DNA of 28,162 bases from a virus (Duplodnaviria > Caudoviricetes), in the IMG/VR virus record IMGVR_UViG_3300028586_000755, positions 1 through 28,162 of that record. One strand, given 5' to 3'. Of this stretch, positions 9,301 to 16,623 are shown piece after piece. The stretch's first letter is position 1. Each line of letters begins with the position of its first letter. The position numbers and the translations under genes were made by a program. Under the pieces are notes generated by a model, which was not told the DNA's origin, searched no databases, and saw nothing but the letters and a program-made list of their open reading frames with translations.

Positions 9301-10673
9301 AGGTCATCTTTAGCAATGCCAAGCTGGCCGCCCACACTAGCTATTTTAAGTAGTCCATCGAGTGAAGTGGTTGTGTTTAGCGCTTTTAGGCTGGCTCCTA
9401 GCCGGTCGGCCTCGTCAGCCGTGAGCCCGGTAGTTTTGCGAACTTCCGCTAGGTTACGCGAGTACTCTACATTAGCCTGAAACACCGCCACAGCAGCTTG
9501 GGCCAGTGCCTGCAAGCCAATAGCACCTACTGCTAGCTGCGTTAGGTATTCTTCAAGAGCTTCTCGCGTAAAGCCAAGTTGTTGCTCCAGTCCTTCATTG
9601 GCGACATCAACCTTGGCAGTAGAGGCTGCAACATCATCGATTTCCTTCTTGGTTTGCTGGATTTGGAACCCAATACGCTGATAAGCTTCCGAATCTTTCC
9701 CAGCACTAACGGCCACACGCTCCTGCTCTTGCTCAAGACGAACTAAGGCAGTGGTAAGTGGCTGGACAGCAGCGGCAACATCATTTATTCTGGCTTCTGC
9801 CTGCTCGTAGGAGAGCCCCATTTGGGCCGCAGAGCGCTGGGCCGCTGTTTGGAAGCCTGCCACCTTAATCTGTGCCCGATTGTATTCTTCGGACCCTTGG
9901 GCCAGTCCGGCTTGCGCGGCGCGGGCTTTCGCTAGTTCGGCCACTAGCCCACTGAAGCCCTTGGCGTAATTCCCTACCTCACGAAAATTTCTATTCGTGG
10001 CGGCATCAAATTCCTTAAGTACCTGCGTGTTGGCGAATATCTGTTCTTGCAGTTTCTTCGCTTCAACATTGTTGCCCGCCAACCCACCATCGAGGGCGTG
10101 CAGACTAGCTAGTAGCTTGTTGTTTTCAATAACCAGCTCATTATAACTGCCCTTGGCCGCCGTAAGCCCGCTATTGGCCCCGCGCAGGGCCGCGCTGAAG
10201 TCTTTTGTTTCTTGGGTAGTCTGCCGAATGGCGGAGGCAGCACGCTTCTGCGCCTCGACATCGCCAGCCTTTTGGGCTTCGACTAATGCCTGTTTTTGCT
10301 TGGCTAGTTCTGAGTTATAGACTTTTACTGAATCAGTAAGACCTCGCTGAATGGTTATCTGCGCGGCCTGGGTGGCTTTATAGTCTTCCTGCCGCTTCTT
10401 TAATTCGCCAAGCTGCTGAGCTAGGGCAGCCAAGATGGCTTTATCTTCACCCGAGAACAGTTGCAACTTGCCAGCTTTCGACTGAATATCAGCAATGCCC
10501 TGCTTGATGGTAGCGAAGCCAGCCGCAATCCGGCCGCTGTCATCGGCTACCGTCTTGCTGAGGTTGTTGATGTCGTTTTTGAGACTGCGAAGCGAGCGGG
10601 CTGCGATTTGCAGCGCCTCTTCACCGCTGATATAGTCCCCTAAGTCGATAATCTTTTTAGCGTCGCCTGCCAT
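6333..10673 (-). CDS. Tail tape measure protein (1446 aa)
   Basis: Long Ala/Gln-rich helical protein, TP901-like core (EVRKTTGLT...IASVGGQLGI), C-terminal YFKG...SERGPELI. Directly follows the chaperone pair. Confidence 0.93.
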   Translation of the reverse strand: MAGDAKKIIDLGDYISGEEALQIAARSLRSLKNDINNLSKTVADDSGRIAAGFATIKQGIADIQSKAGKLQLFSGEDKAILAALAQQLGELKKRQEDYKATQAAQITIQRGLTDSVKVYNSELAKQKQALVEAQKAGDVEAQKRAASAIRQTTQETKDFSAALRGANSGLTAAKGSYNELVIENNKLLASLHALDGGLAGNNVEAKKLQEQIFANTQVLKEFDAATNRNFREVGNYAKGFSGLVAELAKARAAQAGLAQGSEEYNRAQIKVAGFQTAAQRSAAQMGLSYEQAEARINDVAAAVQPLTTALVRLEQEQERVAVSAGKDSEAYQRIGFQIQQTKKEIDDVAASTAKVDVANEGLEQQLGFTREALEEYLTQLAVGAIGLQALAQAAVAVFQANVEYSRNLAEVRKTTGLTADEADRLGASLKALNTTTSLDGLLKIASVGGQLGIAKDDLVDFTKAIDTAVQALGNDFAGGAEEIATILGKISNVFGKELGGDVSQNILAIGSAVNELGAVGSATAPFLTDVAQRVGGIAVQSGLGLKDVLAYAAVLEETGSRAEVAGSSLGRLFSTLSTKTKEAFEIAQKANPALTLKEYTRLVNTDFNQAIQLFLKGLNAGNASTTEVAKRLGTLKLESGEARTAILTLAQNTELFAERQKTANQQLRDATSLAAEAAVINDTLAGTVDRNVNSLKNFFVSGTGANVLKFLVAVEAELFKLVAEPFRQIGDGLTYIGQKVGLVDKPLTDYTKSIVENTLAARKQTGAQQELLKSYIDLANTTGRTSAQELDLAKTRSVLLKQFGTDDAAAIQAAIDKRRQAAESNIQFFKNDIAQYDRLITEANLRAAAAQNTLNTAPRNNQGVLSTRAGQDAAQALLVAEKDLAEQQRLRGQAVAALAKLEGQNTQAKKDGAEAADEETAAELQLDRAQVQRAKNRVSALRDELADNEERLKSLRAYQAQQGKLFEDGQISPEVANKRLRGSEDLATQIQRDGAAIRIKIARAEAQEKLAEAENDRVRQLKKKDITQAEITDIEQQASLRRVEIRRQEGRQIEQANKDLRKAQAVEPLEFKVPTIDFDKLKADLQKFVVTYQYELEKIKNAEQAVSTDLVGQLARREISERDFAKKSSQNRLAAAAAALELDKKYHRDTLNSQKEFNEALLAEEDRKTAERIALIEKVGSFTQEAEAAFFAIKGNLIDADIQRTQEAYDNEIKAAGENTAAKEAIQKKYDKQLKKLNYDKAKNERDQAVISVAINTAVAVAKSIAEYGLPAGLIPAGIALALGALQEAVILSKPLPAYFKGRKSGPAELATVSERGPELIQEKKTGRFKYVAEQAIVRLGEGDKVFTAQETTAMLASAGLSHSQAQQQPGIVAQALSGAAHSAASAREAAAGQGYNKLAENLAANTAALKKIQAPKIIVHRGSDADVETARQLTHYVGTVRRFIK

Positions 10674-10701
10674 GATGCCTGAGCCCTAGTAGGCTACGCC
10701 C

Positions 10702-10725
10702 CAAAGTTAAAGTAATACTTTAACT
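10702..10725 (-). promoter_or_regulatory. Palindromic operator, copy B, overlapping the -7 element upstream of the tape measure gene
   Basis: AGTTAAAGTA-A-TACTTTAACT (10705-10725, perfect 10-1-10). Minus strand TAACTTTG at 10709-10702; no clear -33. Confidence 0.85.
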
Positions 10726-11496
10726 AATTCACTATGGGTTGCTTTTTATCAAGCGCTTGCAGGCGGTGGAGAAACACGTAGACACTCATGCTCTCCGTGG
10801 GGTGTCCAGCCCGCTCCAACTCCGCTATACCATCCTGATACGCCCGCTCCAGTGCCAACAGGGCATTGCCCGCGTCTTGGGGATGTAGTGACCGCGGGGC
10901 CAATAGCGCTAGCAGTTGCTGGCTAATCTCTTCCAGCGGGCCCGCGTACCGCTCGGGGTCATCACTTAGCAGCGCTTCGCACTCTAGAAGGATGCGCTCG
11001 CGCACCCCTTCGGCGTAGCGGTCTGTTTTACTCCCAAACCACGACGGAAAGGCCAGGGCTAGTTCAGTCTCAAGTTTTTTTTTGACTCCTCACAGGCCTC
11101 GATTAGCTGCGCCTGGCTTAGCCCGGTGGCCAGAATCGCCGCAGCAGTCGCTAGCAGGCCTGCTTCGCTCTTATCGGTTTGCGCTACGCCGTTGATGCTG
11201 ACAGCGAGCGGGGCCAGAATAGCCGCCCGGTAGTTCACGGGCACTTCTTTGGTGAGGTTGGTAAAGCCCATGACCGTGTGCGTGTACTCGACGCGGGCCG
11301 ATGACAGGGCCTCGGGGCTGAGGAACATGCCTAGGCGGGCTAGGTGTCCATCCTGGGCGTACATATCCGACCCTACACCTACTTCTCGCGCCCACGCTTG
11401 CTGCATAAGCATGTAGTTGTTAGCGCTCAACTCTCGGATAGAGTCGGCTAGCACAATGGTATTAGTCTGTTTGCCCTGCTTTACTTCGATAGTCAT
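10724..11496 (-). CDS. Tail assembly chaperone GT fusion via -1 frameshift (about 257 aa)
   Basis: A9 run (11075-11083) near the end of the G ORF. The -1 frame reads LETELALAFPSWFGSKTDRYAEGV into ORF 10724..11005 without a stop. Confidence 0.8.
11059..11496 (-). CDS. Tail assembly chaperone G-like (145 aa)
   Basis: Upstream of the tape measure, ends ...ESKKNLRLN across a slippery TCA AAA AAA AAC. Confidence 0.8.
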   Translation of the reverse strand: MTIEVKQGKQTNTIVLADSIRELSANNYMLMQQAWAREVGVGSDMYAQDGHLARLGMFLSPEALSSARVEYTHTVMGFTNLTKEVPVNYRAAILAPLAVSINGVAQTDKSEAGLLATAAAILATGLSQAQLIEACEESKKNLRLN

Positions 11497-11665
11497 TGAG
11501 TAGGTCGATTAGGCCGCGCTCGCTTTCTTCTAGGATGGTCATTAGCTCCCACATTACGTCTTGGTGCGGGTGCTCCCCCTCCCCAAGTGGGCGGCCGGTG
11601 TAGTCTTTATGTAGAGAGCGCGCTAGGTCGATGACTGCGCTGCGCTCGTTTTTCGAGGGCTCCAT
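11462..11665 (-). CDS. Hypothetical protein (67 aa)
   Basis: ATG start 11 nt after the upstream stop; fills the gap between neighbours; 35 nt overlap with G. Confidence 0.55.
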   Translation of the reverse strand: MEPSKNERSAVIDLARSLHKDYTGRPLGEGEHPHQDVMWELMTILEESERGLIDLLNDYRSKAGQTD

Positions 11666-11676
11666 TGGGCATCGGA

Positions 11677-12327
11677 CTACAGGTTAACCCGTAAAAACAG
11701 GCCGTTGGCAATGAGGAACGGGCCGCCACCGATGCCGCCGACCTCGAAGGGAGTCGCGCAGGTATCAACGGGCTGGGTGACTGAGAACGGCACGCGGAAC
11801 CCACTAAAGGGGTGCATAAGCAGTTGCTTGTTCGTCGGCCAGTTCGTGTAGCGGCTGAAGATGCGCTCGCTGCGCTGCTCGGCTTCTTCAAAGGTGAGGC
11901 GTACCCCTAGCGGGGAGGCCCGTAACCCGCGCATCAGGAAGTCCTGAATCAGTTCTTCCGTGAAATCGTAGTTACGCCCCTTGTCAATGAGCGGCAGATT
12001 CAGCCACATAACAGCGGCGTAGTTGTGGGTCCATGTACCCGACAGATGCTGCGCGTCGTCCCACTCCACCGTACTCGGGCCGGTGCGCTCGAAGAACAAC
12101 AGCGACTTCATGCGCTCGTCGGGGTACACGTCGATGTGGTCGAGCCCGCCATCTTGCCGGTAAATCTGCGGTATTTTACTCTTACCATCGTTTACCGTAC
12201 CCGTTTGCACTAGGCCGTAGGCATCCGATAACCACGGGAGGGTGGTAGCGAAGTGCTCCAGCAGGGTAGCCACAGGGGCTTGCGCTAGCTTGGGCGCAAT
12301 AATGGCGGCGGGCGGGGTGTCGAGCAT
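11677..12327 (-). CDS. Putative tail terminator / completion protein (216 aa)
   Basis: Position in the head-tail block, alpha/beta pattern typical of terminators. Ends GPFLIANGLFLRVNL. Confidence 0.55.
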   Translation of the reverse strand: MLDTPPAAIIAPKLAQAPVATLLEHFATTLPWLSDAYGLVQTGTVNDGKSKIPQIYRQDGGLDHIDVYPDERMKSLLFFERTGPSTVEWDDAQHLSGTWTHNYAAVMWLNLPLIDKGRNYDFTEELIQDFLMRGLRASPLGVRLTFEEAEQRSERIFSRYTNWPTNKQLLMHPFSGFRVPFSVTQPVDTCATPFEVGGIGGGPFLIANGLFLRVNL

Positions 12328-12335
12328 GGCTGGCG

Positions 12336-12668
12336 TTAATTAGCGCTGATATTGCGGGCAAGCGGGTTAGTGCCGAGCGCCCTTTCCCGCTTTATGTATT
12401 CCTGCCAAGCAGCTATTACTTGAGTAAATGGCACTTGAATTTTGACTTCTGTATCAGCATAGAGAAGCAAACACTTGTCGCCAGATGGTATAAGCGCCTC
12501 CTCAAATGGGGAGGGCGTAGGCCAATCTTGCACCGTTTGAATAAGAGCCCAATCGTAGCAAGTAGCAGCTTGGTAAAGCGTAGGCCCACCCACTTCGTCC
12601 ATTACCCAAAATGCAGTTGCGCAAAAGAGGTCGTCGCTCACCTGCTGGAATTCTACGGGGTCAATCAT
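12336..12668 (-). CDS. Hypothetical protein (110 aa)
   Basis: Tightly packed ORF in the operon; no recognised motif. Confidence 0.65.
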   Translation of the reverse strand: MIDPVEFQQVSDDLFCATAFWVMDEVGGPTLYQAATCYDWALIQTVQDWPTPSPFEEALIPSGDKCLLLYADTEVKIQVPFTQVIAAWQEYIKRERALGTNPLARNISAN

Positions 12669-12674
12669 AGTACT

Positions 12675-13067
12675 TTAGGGTTTAGGCAGAAGTGGGATGG
12701 TTATTTTATGCTTCACTAGTAGCTGAGCCACCTTGCGAAACAGCATATCATTGTGGTAGGCATACACTTCATCGGAACTGTTATCTAGCTCAACCCCAAT
12801 GTGCGTGAGCATGGCATTGGTGGCGTGCGTGACCTCGTGGCATATAGTGGAAGCGCACAGTGAGGGCAGGGCAAAGAACAGCGCGCAAGCCCTGTTCTCT
12901 TCGACCACACACAAGGCATTAGCCCCTTTGCAATCGGACATACTGAACTGATTGCTCTTGAAGCGCTTGCCGAATGCTACCGCAGCTTCCTCAAGCGTAT
13001 CTGCTACCACTATCACTAGGTCGCGCTTGGTGAAGTCTAGGCTTTCGTGGTGAAGAATAGGCTTCAT
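12675..13067 (-). CDS. HExxH zincin-like protein (130 aa)
   Basis: TICHEVTH...DEVYAY (HExxH plus a downstream Glu). ATGA overlap with the upstream gene. Confidence 0.7.
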   Translation of the reverse strand: MKPILHHESLDFTKRDLVIVVADTLEEAAVAFGKRFKSNQFSMSDCKGANALCVVEENRACALFFALPSLCASTICHEVTHATNAMLTHIGVELDNSSDEVYAYHNDMLFRKVAQLLVKHKITIPLLPKP

Positions 13068-13513
13068 AGAGCGAGTTGCAGGTGAGTTCTGATAATCTGC
13101 GCCACCTCTGGCAGCAGATAGGCACTTACAAAATCTTCAATATCAGCTTCCCGAATCCCGTACAACTCGCCATAAGTAGCGAGTAGCTGAGCGGCTTTTG
13201 AGTCACTGTTTTCTATCTCAAACTGCAAGCCCCCGAGGTAGGGCAGCAGAAAAGACTTGTAGTAGTCGCCGGTGAAGTTCAAGTCCTTCACGGCGGTTTG
13301 CTTGCCGTACTTGGCCCGATAAGCGGCGTACACTGGAGAGTACCCGCCGGCATCTATCGGGGAGCCGTCTGGCTTCTGGCCGGCTTGCAGATAGGCGCGG
13401 TTGAGGTCAAGCAGGCGCTCCCCGAAGGTTTGCACCGCGCCTACTAAGCCTTGCTTTACTGCGAGGGGCAGGGTGTCTAGGGCGTCAGCCAGGCGCTCTA
13501 TTGGGTCAGTCAC
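13064..13513 (-). CDS. Neck / virion morphogenesis protein, HK97 gp10-like (149 aa)
   Basis: Y..YRAKYGK...DLNFTGDYYKS resembles the L-x-x-TG motif of neck proteins; synteny. Confidence 0.6.
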   Translation of the reverse strand: MTDPIERLADALDTLPLAVKQGLVGAVQTFGERLLDLNRAYLQAGQKPDGSPIDAGGYSPVYAAYRAKYGKQTAVKDLNFTGDYYKSFLLPYLGGLQFEIENSDSKAAQLLATYGELYGIREADIEDFVSAYLLPEVAQIIRTHLQLAL

Positions 13514-13589
13514 GGTTTAAATACCAGCCCAGTAGCTGGCCGATACAGTAAGCGGCAATTAGAAGTATGGCCAATACAGTATTGCTCAT
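13506..13589 (-). CDS. Single-TM micro-protein (27 aa), not in the ORF track
   Basis: MSNTVLAILLIAAYCIGQLLGWYLNRD. Starts 2 nt after the exonuclease stop and its stop overlaps the next GTG start. Confidence 0.55.
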   Translation of the reverse strand: MSNTVLAILLIAAYCIGQLLGWYLNRD

Positions 13590-13591
13590 GG

Positions 13592-14323
13592 TCAATCAGT
13601 GTGGGCTTCTTGCCCCTGTAATACAATGGCTAGTTTCTTATTCCAGCGTGCATCAGCTAGCGCGCTATGCTCGTTCACTGGGTCCGGGCACAGCAATTGC
13701 TTTTGCTCCGATGTAATGCCTAGCCGGTCAGATTCTTGCTTAAGGTCGATGCAGTACATCGGGAACCCCTTGGGCAAGTCAATCATGCGGCCGAAGAGTT
13801 GGCAGAATACTACCCAGTCATAGTCGCAGTAGTAGCCATAGAAACTAGGCTTAGGCGCGCCATTGCTGCGCTCCCATCGCCAGCCATCGGCACAACCGAC
13901 ATAAAAGTGCTGATAGTAGCCGGTAAACTCTGCTATCTGCTGAGCTATTTTAGCTTTGCTGCCGCCATACTGTTTGAATAGCGCCCGCATGGCGGAGAGT
14001 GTGAAGTCGTTATAAAGCAGCGCGTCGCCATTGTAATACTCCCGAAAAATGCGGTATAGCACATTTTGGCGCACCCACTCATTAGCCCAAGCGTAGCTAA
14101 GCTCACAGTCAGCATTCAGGAGATACAACTCGCGCCCATCTTCAGCCACAAGCGCGATACTAATAAGGTCAATGGTCGGCACAGGCGCACCAACCTTGAT
14201 ACCAAACACCTTGCGTTGCTTCTCGCACTCAATAAACTCCGTGTCTATGTAGTACTTCATGCTCTTATCGGGCTTAAGGCGGCCAATTGACAATTCAAGC
14301 GGGCGCACGTCAGGAGGTGTCAT
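13592..14323 (-). CDS. DEDDh 3'-5' exoribonuclease, Rv2179c/RNase AS (DUF5051)-like; alternative start ATG 14260
   Basis: ExoI YIDTEF, then LISIALVAEDGRELY, ExoII YYCDYDWVVFCQLFG, ExoIII EHSALADARWN. Confidence 0.88.
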   Translation of the reverse strand: MTPPDVRPLELSIGRLKPDKSMKYYIDTEFIECEKQRKVFGIKVGAPVPTIDLISIALVAEDGRELYLLNADCELSYAWANEWVRQNVLYRIFREYYNGDALLYNDFTLSAMRALFKQYGGSKAKIAQQIAEFTGYYQHFYVGCADGWRWERSNGAPKPSFYGYYCDYDWVVFCQLFGRMIDLPKGFPMYCIDLKQESDRLGITSEQKQLLCPDPVNEHSALADARWNKKLAIVLQGQEAHTD

Positions 14324-14324
14324 A

Positions 14325-15464
14325 TTACCAGCGAACTAAGCGCCCCATAGAGAGCAGTGAAGATTTAGGCGGCCCGCACTCGGGGTCAAGCCCTGTTAAA
14401 TCCAGTACCAGTTTTTTGAGGGCGCTATTCTCTGCCTTCACTTCTATATCAGTCCCTGTCACTTTGCCCCCGTATAAATCGGCCTGCATGCGCTGCTGCG
14501 CGTAGAGGGCGTCGGCCTGCACATCGGGCCGGCTAGTGAGTTGCGTGACGTTAGGAGAGCTAATAACCGCCTCTAGCAGCCGTACCGCTAGCGCCTGCTG
14601 CACCAAGGGCGCTAACCGGCTCTGGTTGTCCTTGCTTTGCAGGGCTGTAGCCAGGTCGCAGTAGCTGGTGAAGTACAGATTAAGCCCGAAGCTGCTTAGG
14701 TCGCTGGTGGCGGCGGCTGTGTCGAATAGCTCCCGGTCAGCACTCAGGCTAGGGGCTGGCACGTAGAAGCCCCGAGGCGCGGCGCCGAAGTACTCAGCCA
14801 CGCGCAAATACGGGTCATCTGTACAGCCACAGGAAGCTACGGGCGCTTCGATAGCTCGCACGCCCAGGGGCAGGTCGGCCTCGTAGTACCCCAGCCATAC
14901 CTTGCCAACAGGTAGCGATAGCGCTGGCGGGGTGAAGGCGTACACGAAGCCTGCTTTGTTGCCTACCGGAACCTCCCACTCGGCTAGCGGCTCGGGCTGG
15001 CTTTCGCTGTACACGTAGAGCTTGAGCGGCTCCGTCAGTGCGCCATCGAAGTGGAGCGTCAGCGCAGGAATGGTATGCGCGATGCCGCGGCGGGTGGGTA
15101 GCCGGAACTGAATACCCACGAAGCGGCCCTGCTTATTGACCGTGTTGGCCCGGTTCCCGTCGTTCTTAACCACTCGCGTATCAGGTAGTAACACCTTGCC
15201 GCTGAGTTGCTGGGCGTTCACTAGGGCGGGCACGAGGCGCTTAAGGGCGTCGCTTTGCAGGCGGGTCAGCCAGTCGGGCAGCGTCTCTTGCCGGGGTGCG
15301 AAGTGCTGAAGCACCTCAAGCGGCAGTAGCTCACTGGCATCCTGCACGTACAAGCCCGAGCGGCTTTCCAATAAGGCCGGGGGGAGCGTCACTTTTTGGG
15401 CTGGGTCGGGCCGAAAGCCTACGAGGCCAGAAAGGGCAGTAGCAAGGGCAGAGGCGTCGAACAT
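14325..15464 (-). CDS. Putative head-tail adaptor / head completion protein (379 aa)
   Basis: First gene after the major capsid; helical ends flank a beta-rich insert. Call is by synteny. Confidence 0.5.
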   Translation of the reverse strand: MFDASALATALSGLVGFRPDPAQKVTLPPALLESRSGLYVQDASELLPLEVLQHFAPRQETLPDWLTRLQSDALKRLVPALVNAQQLSGKVLLPDTRVVKNDGNRANTVNKQGRFVGIQFRLPTRRGIAHTIPALTLHFDGALTEPLKLYVYSESQPEPLAEWEVPVGNKAGFVYAFTPPALSLPVGKVWLGYYEADLPLGVRAIEAPVASCGCTDDPYLRVAEYFGAAPRGFYVPAPSLSADRELFDTAAATSDLSSFGLNLYFTSYCDLATALQSKDNQSRLAPLVQQALAVRLLEAVISSPNVTQLTSRPDVQADALYAQQRMQADLYGGKVTGTDIEVKAENSALKKLVLDLTGLDPECGPPKSSLLSMGRLVRW

Positions 15465-15484
15465 GGCGGGAGGTAGTGACCTGC

Positions 15485-15514
15485 CAAAGATACTTGAGCG
15501 CCTTCTTATTGCAA
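15485..15514 (-). promoter_or_regulatory. Bacteroidetes-type promoter for the head-tail operon
   Basis: TTG (15514-15512), 19 nt, TATCTTTG (15492-15485); lies just downstream of the capsid terminator. Confidence 0.8.
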
Positions 15515-15521
15515 GAATAAT

Positions 15522-15538
15522 TTAAAGCAATACTTTAA
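15522..15538. promoter_or_regulatory. Palindromic operator, copy C
   Basis: TTAAAGCA-A-TACTTTAA, 7 nt upstream of the -33 TTG. Confidence 0.85.
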
Positions 15539-15562
15539 CTAATTAGCGCGAGGCGTAAACGC

Positions 15563-15601
15563 AAAAAGGGCCGCCCACTGCATAGCGGGCGGCCCTTTTT
15601 T
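15563..15601. terminator. Bidirectional intrinsic terminator after the major capsid gene
   Basis: AAAAA-GGGCCGCCC-actgcatagc-GGGCGGCCC-TTTTTT. Confidence 0.9.
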
Positions 15602-15621
15602 GTATTCCACTCTACCTAAAA

Positions 15622-16617
15622 CTAGGGCTTCAGGATTTCGAGTTTGTAGATGCCGCTGTCGCCGGTGGTCTGCGCATAGGCGCTCAGGAAGGCGATGGCA
15701 ATGTGCATTACGTAGCTCTCGGTGTACTCAGCTTCGCCTTGGCAGCCGTACTTCACCTTCAGCTCGACTTCCAGGCCCTGGGCCATGCCGAACATTGGGG
15801 GCAGGCGGTAGGTCATCCACACGTCGGTACCAATGTCCTTGGTGCGGCGGAAGTCAGGACGCAGCCAAGGGAAGGCGCCTACGGTGCCAGCCTCGAAGAC
15901 ATAGGCCGTGTCGCGTACACCCGTACCGTTAGGCACGTTGGTGAAGAACGTGTTGTAATTCTCCGTCTGGTACTGCGAGTTAACCGCGTTACCGGCGCCC
16001 TGGTTGCGCTGAAGGTCGTAAATAGCCTTCAGGTTGTAGCCCCCTACGATGTCCGTGATGCCAGTGAAGTTGTTGGCGCCCTGCTCGGCTTGCACGCCGG
16101 CGAAGAACTCCAAGCGCTGGTCATAGGGCACTTGCTTCGCGCCACCTACGCCCGCATCGAAGTACGTGCCGTTGTTTACCGTGGCTTTGCTGGCCTCCAA
16201 GAACGCTAATGCCTTGTCGTCAATGCGCTTGTAGATGTTGCTGGCCTTCTGCTGCACGAGGTAAGCAAAGGCCGCGTCGCGGGTAATGCTATTACCCTGC
16301 GTGTCAAGGTCGTTGAGGTTGAATTCCTCCGTGATACCCTCGTAGACAACGGGCACGAGCGCCGTAGCACCGTCGCCAGTGCCAGCGCACTTGCGGAGCG
16401 TGCCGGTGCCTGCGGGTACTTTGTTGAAGACAGGGATGCTCAGGGGCTGCGCGCTGCTTTGCTTCAGGTCGCCTAAGCCACGAATGAGCATGTCAGAGCC
16501 ACCCAGCAGAGCGGCGGCGGCACCGTAGTACGGCACGCGCAGGTTGTTTTTTGAAAAGGATGCTGCCTGCTCGATAGTAGCAGTTGCGCGCAGCAAATCG
16601 GTTGGGTCAAAAGCCAT
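15622..16617 (-). CDS. Major capsid protein (331 aa)
   Basis: Follows the scaffold, size fits an HK97 fold without a delta domain, followed by a strong terminator. Confidence 0.8.
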   Translation of the reverse strand: MAFDPTDLLRATATIEQAASFSKNNLRVPYYGAAAALLGGSDMLIRGLGDLKQSSAQPLSIPVFNKVPAGTGTLRKCAGTGDGATALVPVVYEGITEEFNLNDLDTQGNSITRDAAFAYLVQQKASNIYKRIDDKALAFLEASKATVNNGTYFDAGVGGAKQVPYDQRLEFFAGVQAEQGANNFTGITDIVGGYNLKAIYDLQRNQGAGNAVNSQYQTENYNTFFTNVPNGTGVRDTAYVFEAGTVGAFPWLRPDFRRTKDIGTDVWMTYRLPPMFGMAQGLEVELKVKYGCQGEAEYTESYVMHIAIAFLSAYAQTTGDSGIYKLEILKP

Positions 16618-16623
16618 TGAAGG

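Noticed and set aside
8875-9480. Long plus-strand ORFs antisense to structural genes (also 15703..16209, 17368..17868, 3308..3766)
   Set aside because: Antisense shadows expected in GC-rich coding DNA; no motifs or expression signals.
11607-11891. Alternative-frame ORFs overlapping tail and head genes (also 11171..11395, 17878..18114)
   Set aside because: Low-complexity Ser/Arg/Pro translations nested in better-supported genes.
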